64,000 bases of DNA from Catajapyx aquilonaris (taxonomy: Eukaryota), in the NCBI GenBank assembly GCA_000934665.2, contig KZ538172.1, positions 1 through 64,000 of the forward strand. The letters are read 5' to 3'. The translations under genes and the position numbers were made by a program. Below, in pieces: positions 26,401-41,400 of the stretch. The notes beneath the pieces were generated by a model. The model made no database searches and was not told where the DNA came from. It saw only the letters and a program-made list of their open reading frames with translations. The number at the start of each line of letters is the position of its first letter. Position 1 is the first letter of the stretch.

Positions 26401-29400
26401 TCCTCGTTTCCCCAGCGCCATGAGGAAACGCAATCTCTACATGAGTGCTCTGAATGGCGCCAGGTTCAAACACTAGACCAACTGAAAATGGTTCGCATCT
26501 CGTCTCACAATCACCAAAGTTTGAAATCCGTGCAACTTACTTGGCATTCTTGGGGTAATAGTGGACGAAATCTTCTGCGTCTTGATATTTGTAGGATTTG
26601 TGAGCTGGGGAAGTGTGTGATCCGTATCCATCAGGGTTCAACTGAAAAGAAGGCGTCCCACCCCCCCCACCATGACTTTGTTTACTATTCGTGTATACAG
26701 ATTGGGTCTGAGTCGCCGTTTAATTCTGACTCAAGCTAACCCTCAATCAATATCGGCGCCATTATGGACTAAAAAATGCAAAAGAATTATGGGCGTGGGT
26801 TCACCGACCCCCTCCCTATCCACCACTCCTCCTCACCCATAGCTTGGATTTCCAATGGGAAACTTTAGTAAATAATGCAGGCGACTGGCGCCTCAAGCCT
26901 GTCCCCAACCCATGCTTTGGGTGGAGTCTTTTCTACTCGCGATCGCTATTATGCAAATGAACACTACACTAGAGCTTACTCATACCTTCTTGCACGAATT
27001 CAACAGTGTCCCCCTGTCTGAACCGTGTATTTATAGACACTTTTTTACCCATGTCATGCATTCACTCTCTAATTTGTGTACATGCGTCGACGTGCGTTAT
27101 TCATTCCTTATATATTACGCTCATGCGTTTACTTCATGCTTAAGTTGTTCTCATGTAGTTTTTTCGTCAGATAATTATATAGTTCATTCATGTTCGATAT
27201 TGCCCTGGCGGTTTTACGCCGTTAAATATAAAGATACAACGATGCAAGTTTATTTTTGCCAAAATTAGCAACTCGTCACTGTTAACATTGCCTTCGCAAT
27301 ATGGCAGACCATTAAACTCTTTGCTTACTTTGGTAGTTGTCACAGGTCATTCTGATACTTGTGGAAATTGCTAACTTTATACTAAAAGTGGCCATTTTAT
27401 GTATTTTAATATAGCAGTAGGTACCTCCTTTAATCATAAAATAACAATAACTTGTATCCAAAAATAGAAGAAGCTGTTTTCTACAGTGCGACTCGACCAA
27501 CATACTCGTTCTGAAAATGGATTGTTATTTTAGCGACAATACGGGTTATTACACAATATACAAAATAACCTATTGAATTCATGTGATTCAGTTGAGTAAA
27601 GTAAAAAAAATGGTAAAAACAGCTAATATTGTCAGTATGCCTATTGGTATAGCATTTGTGTCCGTCAATATTGGTAACGCCTTAAGCCTTCTCTGAAAAT
27701 AAACCCGGAATACCCTATCCACTTAAGTGACTGCTGCGTGTATGATAGGACCAGATTTTTGTAGCTTTCCAGTAATTTACCCACCAGATGTGTATTTTCC
27801 CCCCTCGCAAAATGCAAGCTGTACTGTACAGTACATGCATACAATCCCTCCAGGCACCTATTTTCATTACGTCTACCTGCATAAAGGCCCAGGCAGTGAC
27901 GGGTACTAATAAGCCTAGAGCACTTGGCAGGCTAGCAAATTTGAGAACGACGTCATTATGAGGCTTGGCACCAAGCAGTTTGCATTGTGTCACACGACGA
28001 AACGACCAGACATGACCTCATATTAGTAACCTGCAATACTGACACATATGGTTGAAAGGGCGCAGTCTACGCACCCTATAGACATAATTACGCAATAAAC
28101 GGAAAAATGGCCGGTTCTCATGCGGTTGCGTGCATGTGCGTGTGTCATAAGACCGTTCATTTCGTGATGAGTTTCGGCAATAATAGATGGCCTCAAAGAT
28201 TCACTTTGATGTCTAGACCGATACGAAACCATGATAGGTGAGGGCAATGTCGATGATCTGACTCAAGATCAATCCTATTAGCAATTTTCATGCATGAAGC
28301 TGGAAAAGGAGTGTGAAAGGAAAAAAAGATAGCAAGAGCGAAGAGAGGCAGTAGACAGTCTATCAAGACTGTCAACTGGTAAAAGCTGTGAATTGTGATG
28401 CGAAGGCGAAAAACCAGGTGTGATGGGCGCCTTTCTTGTCAGCCATTTCCATGATTTGAACCTCTTGCATAAGATATCAATATTGATTCTGACATAACCA
28501 ATTTATGTGGCAGTGGAAAATCAGATGAATAAGTGACCCTTGAGGCCTGAGAAAGAATTCAAGTTTAAGACCAACCACATGCGTGTGCTGAATTTTTTTC
28601 CTTAAGCCTGCATGTTATAGGTTAATCTGAGTGGTGCTCATGCTACAGAATTATGCAGTGTTTTATAAATTGTTTATTCTAGGACTTTAGAGCGTGACAA
28701 AATGCGTGTAAATATGCGCCCATCAGCTGGTAGAAAGCTGAGAAAATTGCGGCCATGCAGACAGACACTGTGTGTGTTAAACATTTGCTACCTTTACTAC
28801 TGTTCCCACGGGGGTGTCCTGTACCTCGAGCACATCCTTTTCCGTGGCTTCAGCCAAGTCTCCTGGGATAGTAGTCATCTCGCTGCTGTCGTTGTTGGAC
28901 AAACTGGCTTCTCGATTATGCCGTAGCAAGCGCTCTTTCATCTCCTGCAGGTAAGGGTACTGCTGCATCCCGCTCCTGGATCGCTGATGGCCTTACCCTG
29001 GTTGGACAGGCAGAAGAATACGTTAGTACACTGGAATCGACCTTACTTCATACTTTTAAAAATGCCCTTCCTTCCTCATTCGTATTCAGTATATCTGTGT
29101 ACCTTACAAGGACGGCTCGCCTCCTTCGAAGTAGTGTACACGAATAAAATACATACCAAACGTACTCGTGTCATCGTTACCCATATTGTGCATAGTCATT
29201 TTCAGGTGTAAATTTAGCAGATGTGCAATACATGATGCATCATTATGTAACCTTGCCGAAAGTGGATGGAGGAATTGACTAATGAGGCAAAAACGTAGTA
29301 CTGGATATACGTACTATTACTATTCTAAATTGATGGCGTGTTTTAGGAGGCTTGTATGCTGCTACGCACTAACCTACATACCTTAGAGTTTCCACATGGT

Positions 29401-32400
29401 CAATAATAATTGAGTATTCTCGAATTTAAAATATTCAATTTCTTTGCATTATTCTGGATGGAAGGTTAGCTGACTCCAAACCCTACGTCGGAATTTCCAT
29501 TCGCAAAATCCTATATGCATATCATTGTTATATACTAGCATAAAGATTGTGAAATATTTCCTGTTTCAACATCATGGCAGGGATTATGCTTGGTAATTTT
29601 CATTTACAATATGTCGTCCCTGCAAATATTAATCTTATTCTCGTCAGCATGCATGTCGAATAAGTGTTTCAGGACCACAGTGTTATTTGATATATACCAT
29701 ACCGTACGTTCGACTGCTTGGCTCCAATCAGGGGTTTTATCAGCACCTCTGCCAATAACTATCTTGTTGTAAATTATGACTGTATGCTAAAGGCTTTTTT
29801 AGGCCTTGTTGTATTAACACAAATTAAGAAATTTTTTGGAATACACACACATTACCGGAGATTTTTCCATTAATTTGCGTTGTTACAATTAGGTCCTGAG
29901 GCCCAGTTGTATGAAGACTCCAGAAAAATCACCCAACGATTCACAATATTACGCGAATTAGCGAATTAGCGAATTAGCGAGGTTCCGGAATGAATGCCTG
30001 ATATCAGTCACCTGAATCGACCATAGAATCAGGCTAGGAATGCGATACCGATTGAGGGGACGGGAACCACACAATAGAACCACTCCACATTTGAACACGG
30101 TAATGTATCAAACTTGCATCGGAAGCTGCAGTACTCTAACCTACATGCACGCTTACTCGCAACTTTTACGTAACCGATATCGAATCCCGGAGGTTGGGGC
30201 AGTTGAACCTTTAGAAACGTTCCTGTTTCATTTTTCTCGATAATAAATTAATCCAATGCTGTGCAGAAGCCATGTAATTTTCCGTAATTTTCCTTATAGA
30301 TGTAACCTGAATGTTTCAGGAAGAATATGTTTGATAATATACGTTGTACAGTGATGGACATCAATTCCGTCATACTGCTGGCGACATTTTCCGCTACGGC
30401 AGACGTGCAAATCGAAGTGATAGAGGGCGAGCCGTGCTAGTAAGAAATGGTAGGCCTTGGGTGACGTCACTGGCTGGAGACAAACCTTTTCTCCATTGCC
30501 CGAAGCCGGTGACGTCACTCACGGCCTACCTCTTCTTACTCGCACGGCTACACCATGGTCTTAGAATGCTAAGGTCTGGACACTCCCTCTTATCGCCTGC
30601 CGGGCCCGTTTTGCATGAGGTGCTCACTTGAGAGCGCCATGAGCCAGCTTTTCATTGCGCTATTATGTGGCGACCCTACCGGACTACGCTGAAATAAGGT
30701 AGAAGAGAAGCCGCTACATGCGGGCCCAACACGGCCGCCGGCGACCATGTTGGGTCTCCCAATGTAGCGCTTCTCTTTTGTACCTATAAAGTTCAGCGTA
30801 GTCCGGTAGGGTCGCCACATAATAGCGCAGTGAAAGGTCTCATGGCGCTCTCAGGTGAGCACCTCACGCAAAACGCCCCGGCAGACGATAAGATAAGATT
30901 GTAGGGGAAGTGTCCGGCGGCTGGCTCACACTCTATCACTTCGATTTGCACTTCTGCCTCTTCAGAAAATGTCGCAAACAGTATGACACGATTAATGTCC
31001 AACATTGAACTCATATACACCCGAAAAAATTTGTCCAATTATGTTGTAGTATCTACGCGTCTACGAACTGTACGTACTGTACAGTAGGCTACTATTGACC
31101 TCTGGAGTTCCATATAAATCCCACTGTTTACATGCAACCCAGGTTACACTATATGGATTATCCCCATCCCGCCTTTCCCTGGTAAACCAAGTATTCAAAC
31201 CCCTGGGCATGCAATAATAATAGCAAACGACTTCCAACCCCCATCTACCTGAATGATGCCACCATTTATACGGAATCACACATGGCTAGCATCTCAGAAG
31301 AAGTGTTTTCTCGCCAGGGGAACGCAGGGGCTGGAGAGAGGTAGTTCAGACGGCAAAGTTCAGTAACCTCGAACCCAATCGATTTTGTACTAGCCAGTTG
31401 TGTCGAGACGTAAGCGTCTCACGGACACAAATAGTGTGTTTATCCAACATTGGATAAACTTCGGCATGCAGTCCCAACTTCATCCAGTCCCGATTTGCTT
31501 GCATGATTCACCAATTGTCCCTCCCATTTTCATCCAGCCCAGTCCAAATTTATCGAGTTATTTTTCCAGACCCAAATCGATAATAGACAAGTGAGAACTA
31601 GAAAATGGTAGAAACCTATTATACTTATAGTCTAACTTTGATTATTTGGTTGTTGTTGTTGTTTTTTCCTATCCATGCACAAAATGTGATCGATAGAGCT
31701 TCCCCATCTTGTTTCCATGGGATTGTTGAAGAGTTGGTCTGGACTGGCTCTGGCAGATGGAGACAAGCGTTGCCTGCTGAATCCCGGTCCATCTCTCGGA
31801 GGCTGCAGGCACTCTCTCTGGCAAAATTTTGGCCCCGGTTACTATGGGAGATCTGGAGCCAAGCAGTCTGTGGCTAATCGAATTATTTGCACCCCATTCA
31901 CTTTCGCCCACCTTGAATTTGCCAACCATTTTGGTGGGGACTTCTTTTTATTCGGTGCCCACTGCACCACAGAGGATTCATTTGATGCTGGAATATTACA
32001 TACCGGTAATCGGTAATGGCAGTCTTTCATAAAAGGCGTGTGCAATGTGGCAGTTTTTAACGCACCTATTCACATACTGGAAACTGCAGATCAGAATATG
32101 TTAAGCGATTTTTGAGGATTCATATATCCATTAAGTCACAGTTTTTTTTTGCTGCAAATAATTGTTACTACAAATTCATTCATGTATTCATCAATAACAA
32201 TGTCACTTTTTTACATCTCGGTGCCTTCATAATCTTATGAGACTTAATGAACAATTTATGTCGAAGTAGCGCAGTGGTCCAGTAACCGAAAGGTTGAAGG
32301 ATCGAATCCCGTAATGAACAATTTATTATTGTTTACTAAAGCCCGCTGAGATTTTGATGTGCCATGGGAATTTGCTGTTGTGAGTTTCAGTTCCTGTCAT

Positions 32401-35400
32401 CTCTATGTTTTTTTAAATCGTTGGAGGATGGCTCGTAATTTTATTACCTATCTCCGATATTTAATTATGGTTTTATGAACCGCTGCTTCCGTCACTGGCC
32501 CTTACAGCCTTTCAGTTTAAAACGCATCACGCGTGATGAGCATAACCTAATAATTTAAACCGCAAATAGCTTTGTACCTCATATATGATCGCTGAACGGC
32601 TGTGGTTTTGGCTATTACAGACAATCGCATCCAGAGGCACTAAACTGCTTGAGTTTGTCCAAATACTATTTCTGCACCTATAAAAATGCTTCCATGACAA
32701 TCAAATGTAAATTATGCTCATTATGCATCACCTTTTTATGATTCTGTGCACGCTGCATATACCCTTGCTTGCGATTCGTTCAAAATCTATGGCGTATTAG
32801 AAACAAAACGAGGATAAAATGAGAGCTCCACTTGTTAGAATGTCATTGCTCTACGAAAGTAGCACTGGGTATTGTCCAAGGCAAAACCATAAAAATAGCA
32901 TAGGACGGAACGCGACCCCGGTTCAGGTCGTGTCTGCCGAGGAACTTAATCCCAATCCCACTAACTCAATCTAGACACCTTTATAAAACGAAGTCAACAC
33001 GTACTGTACTGAGGTACTGTACGCGGATAATATGCAGAGAGTGGTTCTGAAAAAGCTTTAGTGCCTTTCAAAGGAGTAGTGGTGAAACGCCTGAAAGGCT
33101 GTCTCCTTAATTGTCTCGCGTTTTATTTTTGCACCCAGTCCAACCATCTTTTTTTTAAAGTCTCTACTAGCCTCTACTAGGCTCAAGTAGGGTCAATTAG
33201 GAAAATGCAGCCGAGGCAGGAAAGGTCAATTGGAGGTGATTTTGCCGCTCACAGACAAAAAGTGACAGGTTCCGCCCATATTTCTTCACCGGGATGCTGT
33301 TATTTACTTCTTCCTGTGGTCCTATTCAGTTCGCACTCTGTCATAAAATTGTTTTTAGGAGAGGCCTCGGAAGCTTGAGAGGATGCTCAGAATCATGTTA
33401 GAGCCTTTTACAAGATGAGGGAATCAAGTTTCTGGTGTCGTGCTGAGAGATTTGATATACGGTATGTTCCAAGTTACAGTCAACATCACATTTCCTTATA
33501 AAAGGACCAGAGAGGGAAGGAAATGCGGGAGTGACAAAATATTGTTCTATGATATCACCTATTACATCATTTTTTAAATTAGCATTTTAATAATTCATAA
33601 TTCATACCCCGTTATCAGCCTATCGGCTCTTTAGGGGGGAAGTTTTGTTTTGCCTGGAACTCTTTGCTTTCATTTTACTGCGCTTTTTGGGATATGATAG
33701 GGACGGAAGGAAGCGGCTGTGGCCTATTAATTACGTGGGACCGTGGGAAACCACAGAAAACCACGGTCAGAGTTGCCGGCCCCTGGATTTGATCCCAGGA
33801 CCTCCCGATTAGCAGTCGGACACCATATCCCCTACTCCAAACTGCTTCGGTATTAGCATTTTTAATTATTGCAAGCGTTTTACAGGAACTTTTTAGAATA
33901 TATTATGGATCACTAGCAGGATACCCGGCGTTGCTCGGGTTATGAAATACCCAATGAGTAATGACTGCATTTTCATGGAGTAGCAATAAAGGGTAGGCCT
34001 GCTTTTCTGCCGTTTTCCCTCCTGAGGCCAAGGGTGACCTCAGAGGAAGTCCAATGTGTTAAAAACCTTCCCTGTTAAAAACTACCCCTAATGATCACCC
34101 TGGGGCATATGTCGAGGCCTCCGTATTGATTTGCATCGGGAACATACAGACATTTTGAAATAAGTATAAGATTCCTGTTTTTTTAACTCAAAATTGCGTA
34201 GATGCCACCAGTATCGCGCTCCAAGCTCCATCTGTCCCTAGTTTTGCCACCAGTTTCGGCTCTTCCTCCTGAATGACCTGGAATCATTAGGACTTTTTTT
34301 GAGTCGCCTCACTCCAGCCATTTGGTCCAATCTGGCTTCCCCAGAGCGTGCTCCTGTCATTGAATTTTATCTTCTGCTTAGTGTGTAATGGCGGAAGGCT
34401 AGTGAAAACCCCCGCCTGAGAATGTGAACAAGTGCAAACGAAATGACTGAGAGTGGATTTTAAATCATGGTATAATCGCAGGGCGTGGAGCGAGCTCGAT
34501 GTTCATAATTTTAGCTGAAACACACTTAGGTACTATTTCACTTCTGGTTCTCACAGAGTTTGAGAGTTGAATGGGGCTATGGTGGATGGTGGAAGAGGCA
34601 ATCGATTAAAGAGAAGGAAGAAATGGTGGGCGAATCCATGTTGGGGAGGCGATTGCAGGGGGAGACGCAAAGTTGTGAATTGGGCATGGGTCCTAAAACT
34701 GGCTCCCATTCGTCGTGTGACCCCTTATGTAAATGGAATCAAAAAAAAACCATGGAGGAATAAAAAAAAGGGGGTCCAGAGAAGGGGAGACTGGATGTAT
34801 GGATGGATGGATGGATTGGGAGCTTAATGTTCCGTGGAGGGTGAGATCCGTTGCCGCGGTTGCCGACTTGCCTGACTTTTCGACAACACTTGGCCATCCG
34901 AAACGTGCTCAATTGCAATATTAGGGTATAAATCCCCATGAGGGGCTATAACTTTTTTTTTTTCGGACCAGCATATTTCAACGCCGCATTATTTGGTTTC
35001 CATTCGTGGGAAGTCCGCATTAGTCCGGGCTACTTAGCATGGCATTGTCATAAATGGAATTTTGATGTCGCTTTAAAAGCACGTGTCTTATACTGAAGCG
35101 ATGCCAGTAAAAATACGAGTAAATTCGGATAATGTGTATAAATTACCCTTGAAAGAAAAACCTGTATAAACATTGATTTTTAGGGAATGAAGACGTTGAG
35201 GGATTCCTCGTCAGAATTGGCAAGCCAACTACGATCAGTCTAGACCCATAGGGAGACAAGTAACCATCCAGAACTAATTACTGAGAAAAGCAAGCAATCA
35301 ATCGCTTGGAAATCTCCCAAAGGAAACTTGCTCACTCTGGCAAGAAGCCTTCTAGTTTGCCCTCAGGCCCAGTGACACTCGTGCGTCCAACCAAATCGTC

Positions 35401-38400
35401 ACCATCACATAATATAGTCCATTGTTATGACAGTCACGTCGCCAATGCGTGCCCTGGATGCAAATGACAATAGATTAGAAAAAATTGATTACAAATATTA
35501 CCTTGTAAATTTAAAATGGGATGTGTTAATTATTCCATATTTGGTAGGGGAGTACTCTTGGTTAGCTTAATGATACTGGAGTGGTCATTAATTAGCATTG
35601 GAGGTTTGTGATTTTGTATTCATGCTAGAGTAGATTGCTACTTGGTTTAGTAATGTAGTGTACGCTGATGCCTTTGTTCGAATTTATATTTTATATGTAC
35701 AAGTACTGATCACTTTGCAGTCTGACCTATACCCTGGTTTTGTGGGATTCTGCTCCGGTAAATTCTCTCTAGGGGCAGATATTTTGGAGCAGTGCCGATT
35801 GGCCCGATTGGGCAAAATAACTTATTCATGTGGGGATGCCTCTCAAGCCTGAATTGGTTTATCGGTTCCCATTATGCGAAGTGCACTCAGGAGTACAAAA
35901 AAATAGAGTCCTGACAGGCCATAAGGTTAGCATGAGATCCAAAATAATTTGCGGCTTTCAAGATTTTTTCAGCAGTGGTGCTGGCAAATAAAAGTGGGGA
36001 AAACATCTTGATGCAAGTATCCGAGACAGAAATATGGGCCTTCTCCCTTCCCTATCTCTTAAGATAACATTTGCCCAGAAAGGTGGGTGGCGTTGAGGAG
36101 CAGCTATGTAAAAAGTCACTCGACTGGAAATCTGATTTAATGCTGCTCCTGGCAGCAAGAGGAAGAGGGTTTTGGCCTCACCCACCCTCCATTTAACTTC
36201 CCAGATAGAAGAGAGAAATTCAATTCCTCCAACATGTGTTTCTCCTCCTCTGGAAAATCTGATGGTGACGGGACCTCCCTCAAGGAACCTACGTTTGAAA
36301 GACACCCATTCACTTGCCCCGATTCCTTACAACAATGTCAGACTGAGTTTAAGCAGTCCGCTCGTAAAACACTGGCCTTGGATCCAAAATGTCAACGCCC
36401 TACAGCCAGAACAGTTTCATTTTCTAACTCTGCTTTGGACATATTCGGTTGCACTACATTCGAGGTACATTTGTACTATCTGGGAAAAACCGTTGTTGTT
36501 CCGCATGTCTGTAGCATGGCGTGACCATAGCGACCATCAAGATTGGGCTACATGGAATATGGCAGAGATTCGCGTGCGGATAGAACCAGGTTTTGGGCTC
36601 TAGGTTTTATAGTCTCGGTTGCTAACAGGCTGGGATTGCATTTGCGTGAGCTCGCTTCCAGATCATCCGGACTCATTTCATCAACTGGGGTACAATAATC
36701 AGATGCTATTGTTTTCTACCTCTGCCAGGAAAAGCAGGGGTAAGTTGTAAAAAGTATCTTGGCAGGAGACATTTATTATTCTTCCTGTTCATGTTTATCT
36801 TTCGATGCTCTCCAATAACATCCTCGAGTTTTCTGACGGTTTTTTTTAAAAGCATGGGAATTCAATAAGTTCCCTCGGATAAAATGTAGGAAGGTGGACC
36901 CAAATTCTAAATTGGTTGCCCAGCGCATATTTTTTGTTCCTATAGTTCAGCACGTAATAGTGTTGCCCCTGCAAATTTGATCCGTTGGAATGAACAGGAC
37001 ATAATAGTGACACACGGTCCATTTTCTTTTTCTTGTTTCCGTCGCGCCCTTCCTTCCTTCCTTCGTTTCCTGTGGCAAGGATTTAATAAAGGAGAAAATA
37101 TTGGCATCGGGTCAGCGAACCTTACTCGAAGGAGGGGATTGCTAGCTATTTGGCCCCCTCCAAGTGGACAGCCTCCAAAGCGGCCTTCGCTGCTCGCCAA
37201 TTCGTTAAAACTGATGCACTTGTTATTGTTTCCTTTCTTTCTGAACGGTGCAAATTTCTCCCAACAGAAAACATTCTTATTATTGTATGGTACCGTAAAA
37301 ACTTGAAGGCTACGGTCACCCTTTTTAAGTAAAAAAAAGCATTAAAGCATGACTGTCACACAAAGCTTTGTACTACTACTTCCCCTCCTGGGGAAGTGTC
37401 CAAAAAGTTTTTCTTTTTTTTCTCCCACGCGGTGGTCGTCTATTCTTGTCACGTGCCTGCTGGGAAAAATGGCTAGATTTCGTGAAAAATATGGTCCAGA
37501 GGCCATCATCGTGAACATCTGATTCTGAAAGTAGCGATTACATGTCTAGGTCTGAATGGCATCATCAATCATTATGCACAAAAAAAAAGAATGTGATTAA
37601 CTGCCTGAGTTTGGTTAACTTATGTGCATCGTTCTGAAACAATTGAATGAATAAGGGCGGTCCCTTCGAAACCCATCAGTACTTTTGTATCACGAGTGTA
37701 GAGCACGTGCCCCTGGTCATTGTCCGTGAGAGTTTCTATGAATAGAGCGGATGAAGGAAGTTGTGCCCGCGGCTTACCAGCACCCTCTCCGTTGTGCTCT
37801 CGGCACAGAATCAATACCAAACCCCCTCTGCATCCGCCTTTGGATCACTGCAAACCTTCCTGGTCCTGCCATTCGCAACATGAAATTCATCACTTTTTTG
37901 CTACCATCATAGCAGCTGTGTGCAATCCCCCCCCAAAAAAACGCCAACCACAAATGACCTTTCAAAAAAAACTCTTCCACAACAGTTGTTGAATAGCCAC
38001 CAAATATATGTACAGTACTGATGATGTTTGAATATTACTAGTAGGTAGTGAAAAGTTGGCGCGGGTGTGCTCATTGCAGGGCCCTTTACCAATGGCGACT
38101 AGTTGCTCAAAGTACATTCGCCTCAAAGGTTATTCGTCTTTCATTTTGAAATACGCGCGAATCGATAAGTGCAAATGGTGAGACCCAGAAGCTAATTAAG
38201 CATGGACACGCGGTATCCAGCGACATGCAACTGGGCAATTTGAGTGTACTACCTGCATTCACATGGCCTCCTCCTGCATCTAACTGTGTGCTTCCTTCCT
38301 CCAGCAGCACTTGCACCATACATCCATCCCATTGGCTTTCAGAGAAGCCCTGGTTTGCCCGGGGCAGGCGCCATTTGGGAGAGGGCTTGGCAAGGTGGTG

Positions 38401-41400
38401 TAGTGCAGCAAGGCAAAACTCGGAGTCTGGGCGGGAAGAGAAGAAAGGCAGGCAGGGAGGGTAGTTGGGCCCTGGAATGGATCCAATGGGGATGGGATAG
38501 GCCTGGCTGGAGCATCACTCCCGTGTGCGCCTGCCCTGTCGTCATCCAGGTCTCCAGCTGCCTGGATCCTGCTGGATGCCAGTTGCTACTAGACCTCCTC
38601 TCATGTTCCACACCTATCCTCACATGCTGGCAATGTGACCATCAGCCGCCATTTTGCCATATGCCTATACACAAAATGGCGGCTGTGGGGGTCTTTGTAC
38701 CCTAACTTTGTTGAAAAGGACTTCCTTGTTGTAGTTTGTCAAATTTCATGACTTCTTTGTGGTCGTCTAGGCAACTTGAGCCCGCATCTCGTTCGGTCTA
38801 TAGGATTCCCTAAAGCTTCCTGTTCATTTAGGATTTGGGGTCGCCCAAGTTCCACAAAGTCGCCCTCATCCGCTGATTTCATTCCAAGGCGTCAACGAAC
38901 GCTATACGACGGTTGGTCGCGGATTGTCAACTTCATTTGCACGTACCATATTACTGGTCCTTTTCCACCAGGTAATGTTGTGCAACCTGCTAAACATGTG
39001 ATTGTGGTCAAATCAAACCGAAATCGCGGCCTTGTTTGCAGGCATTCATTGACTCTGGGGTCGACGGACTACCTCAACATGTTTCCGGTGTACTCCGTAC
39101 CTTAAACAGCAATCCAGACGACTGGTAGTACATTAATCATTGTCGCGTTCTAATTATTACTAGGACACGTATGGTGTACCACCAGCATATTAAACAAAGG
39201 GAAAATATATAAGGAACGGTCCGTTGCTTCTTAGCCGGCACTATTGATCCAGATCCAGATCCTGCATGCATACGAAAAGGTCCATCAGGTACGGATTTTT
39301 TCTGGTTTATCTGAAACACATGCTGATACCCGTCTTATTGCGGTCTTATTGAAAGCGGCTGGAATTTAGGGTAATCTTTCAGTCGAATATGAATGTGGTC
39401 GTTGGTCCAAAGTGGGCAAATCGGTGTCCTGTCTGGGGTGAGAATATATGGAAGATGAAAATGGAGGCGAAGTGGGCCTAGTGGATGCAGGAGACGTGTT
39501 GGGCTTATAAAGCTGCCCAGCACACTCCACCCTTGCCTGGAATTGCAATCTTCTCCGGATGAAGAAGGAAAGGCAGCTAGGGGATATAGCTGGCATCAGT
39601 GACCTTCCTTAACCTCACCCTTCTCACGCACCAAACTTAATTCTTCCAGCAGAGATCCCTGAGATTCGACATTTGCCCTCAGGCCTGCTCGCCATTGCAC
39701 CAAAAATGGCGTCTTTTGTTCACATTTCATCCCGTCGGATTTTTTTCTTTCTTTCTGCTTGCTCAATTAAGATTTGTCCTTCCGTGAAGCTGGGTGGATT
39801 GGTCTAGTCATCTACCCACTCACCCACCCACTCTTGTTTGCTTCTTTCATCCCGGAAAATATTGCAGACGACAGGCTTCATTACAAGAAGCCGCAGGAAG
39901 GAGAGCCCGGAAGCTGATGAAGAGCTTAAGACCAACCCAAGGTGTTCAGGAAAGACCCAAAAATATCTTTCCCTCTTAGCTAACAAAAATACATTTATTT
40001 GCCATCCAAACTCAACGTCCCGTGAAAAGTTCGAAATGCATGCTGGGATATCCATCCTGTTTCACACCACATGCTGCCAACGTGGAATTTTCGAGGGAGC
40101 ATCTGCTTTCTCAAGGGATCTCCTTTTAGAGGTATTTTTAATTGCAGCCAAGAACCTTTGTCTAACTACACTTAGAAGATTGAAAGCCAGCCGTTACTTG
40201 AGACGTTACCACTATTTTAGACGTTACCAATAGGCCCATCAATAGTACTATAGGGCTCAAATGGTTTTGACCACTTTATCCTAGTCTTGAAGCAACCCTT
40301 CACACACGCACACCGTGGGGCCTGTGCGAAGGGTTGCTTCAAGACCAGGATAAAGTGGCCAAAACAATTTGAGCCCCATAGGTAAATCGTCTTATTTTCT
40401 TGACCCTGCTTTTGGTACCTATAGGTATACACACACAAAAAAAATCTATAGGATCAATGGTGTACCAGCGAGCCTTGAACTGTCAGAAGTCATGCGAGTT
40501 TGGCCCAGGGCATAGATCGTCATACACACGATATGTCGTGCTGGTTGTGGGACATTCGACTTGGAATTATTATTATTCGTGTGGCCCAGACCCAGAGCCG
40601 GAAAATTTTAACCGGTACGTCCTTATTGGAGTGGCATGCCACACACAAACCAGGCATATAGAGGATGTGCTGACTTCAGACATATGAGCCATTCCGGTGT
40701 ATTGATTAATTCATGATTATTGTCAGGGATATTCGTGCAGGTAGGATTTCACACGCAAAAGGCAGGGTTATAAGCTGGGTTTTAGGAGAGATTCATCTTG
40801 GTTCTCGTTTGATGAGCATTTTGAGGAGGAAAGTAGCTTTCTAGATAAATTCATACAAAGTAAGACGGTGATAATTATTCGCCACTAAGAATGTTTAAGA
40901 AATGACAGTTGAATCTTGCTTAAGGGCTTACAACTTGATTACCCTTAAGATAAACAATTTTGTGATAATAGTGTAGAATGATGTTGCATCAACCCGGCTT
41001 ATTGCCGGAATTTGCTAATAAAAGATCAACTGTCAATTATAGTTATGATGTATACGGTTTTATTAACTGTACGCCATTTAGTACCTTTATCTTTTCTTTC
41101 GTTTTATGTTTGGGTGTCAATTCCCGTTCACATCGTACGTTCCAATTATTTATACGTACCCACTGATGTATATCCACAGACACAACCTCGAGCACAACAT
41201 AATCATGGTTATTTTGTTAATGCTAGAATCCTATCAATTTTGCACTACTACATGTTTGACTTCTTTTGGCTAAAGGAAGTGTTTTCAGCCCTAATGATAT
41301 GTTATGCGTAGTATTGCGTGGCTCGTTGAGTTGGCCTTGTTACACATTGCACAAATTTCGATTTATTACAGTAGTTACTTGTAACTACGGCATTGCGCCG

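Noticed and set aside
28925..28960. Plus-strand pyrimidine tract followed by CAG|GTAAGG, resembling a recursive splice site
   Set aside because: Explained as the reverse complement of the minus-strand acceptor and purine-rich exon start; no plus-strand gene evident
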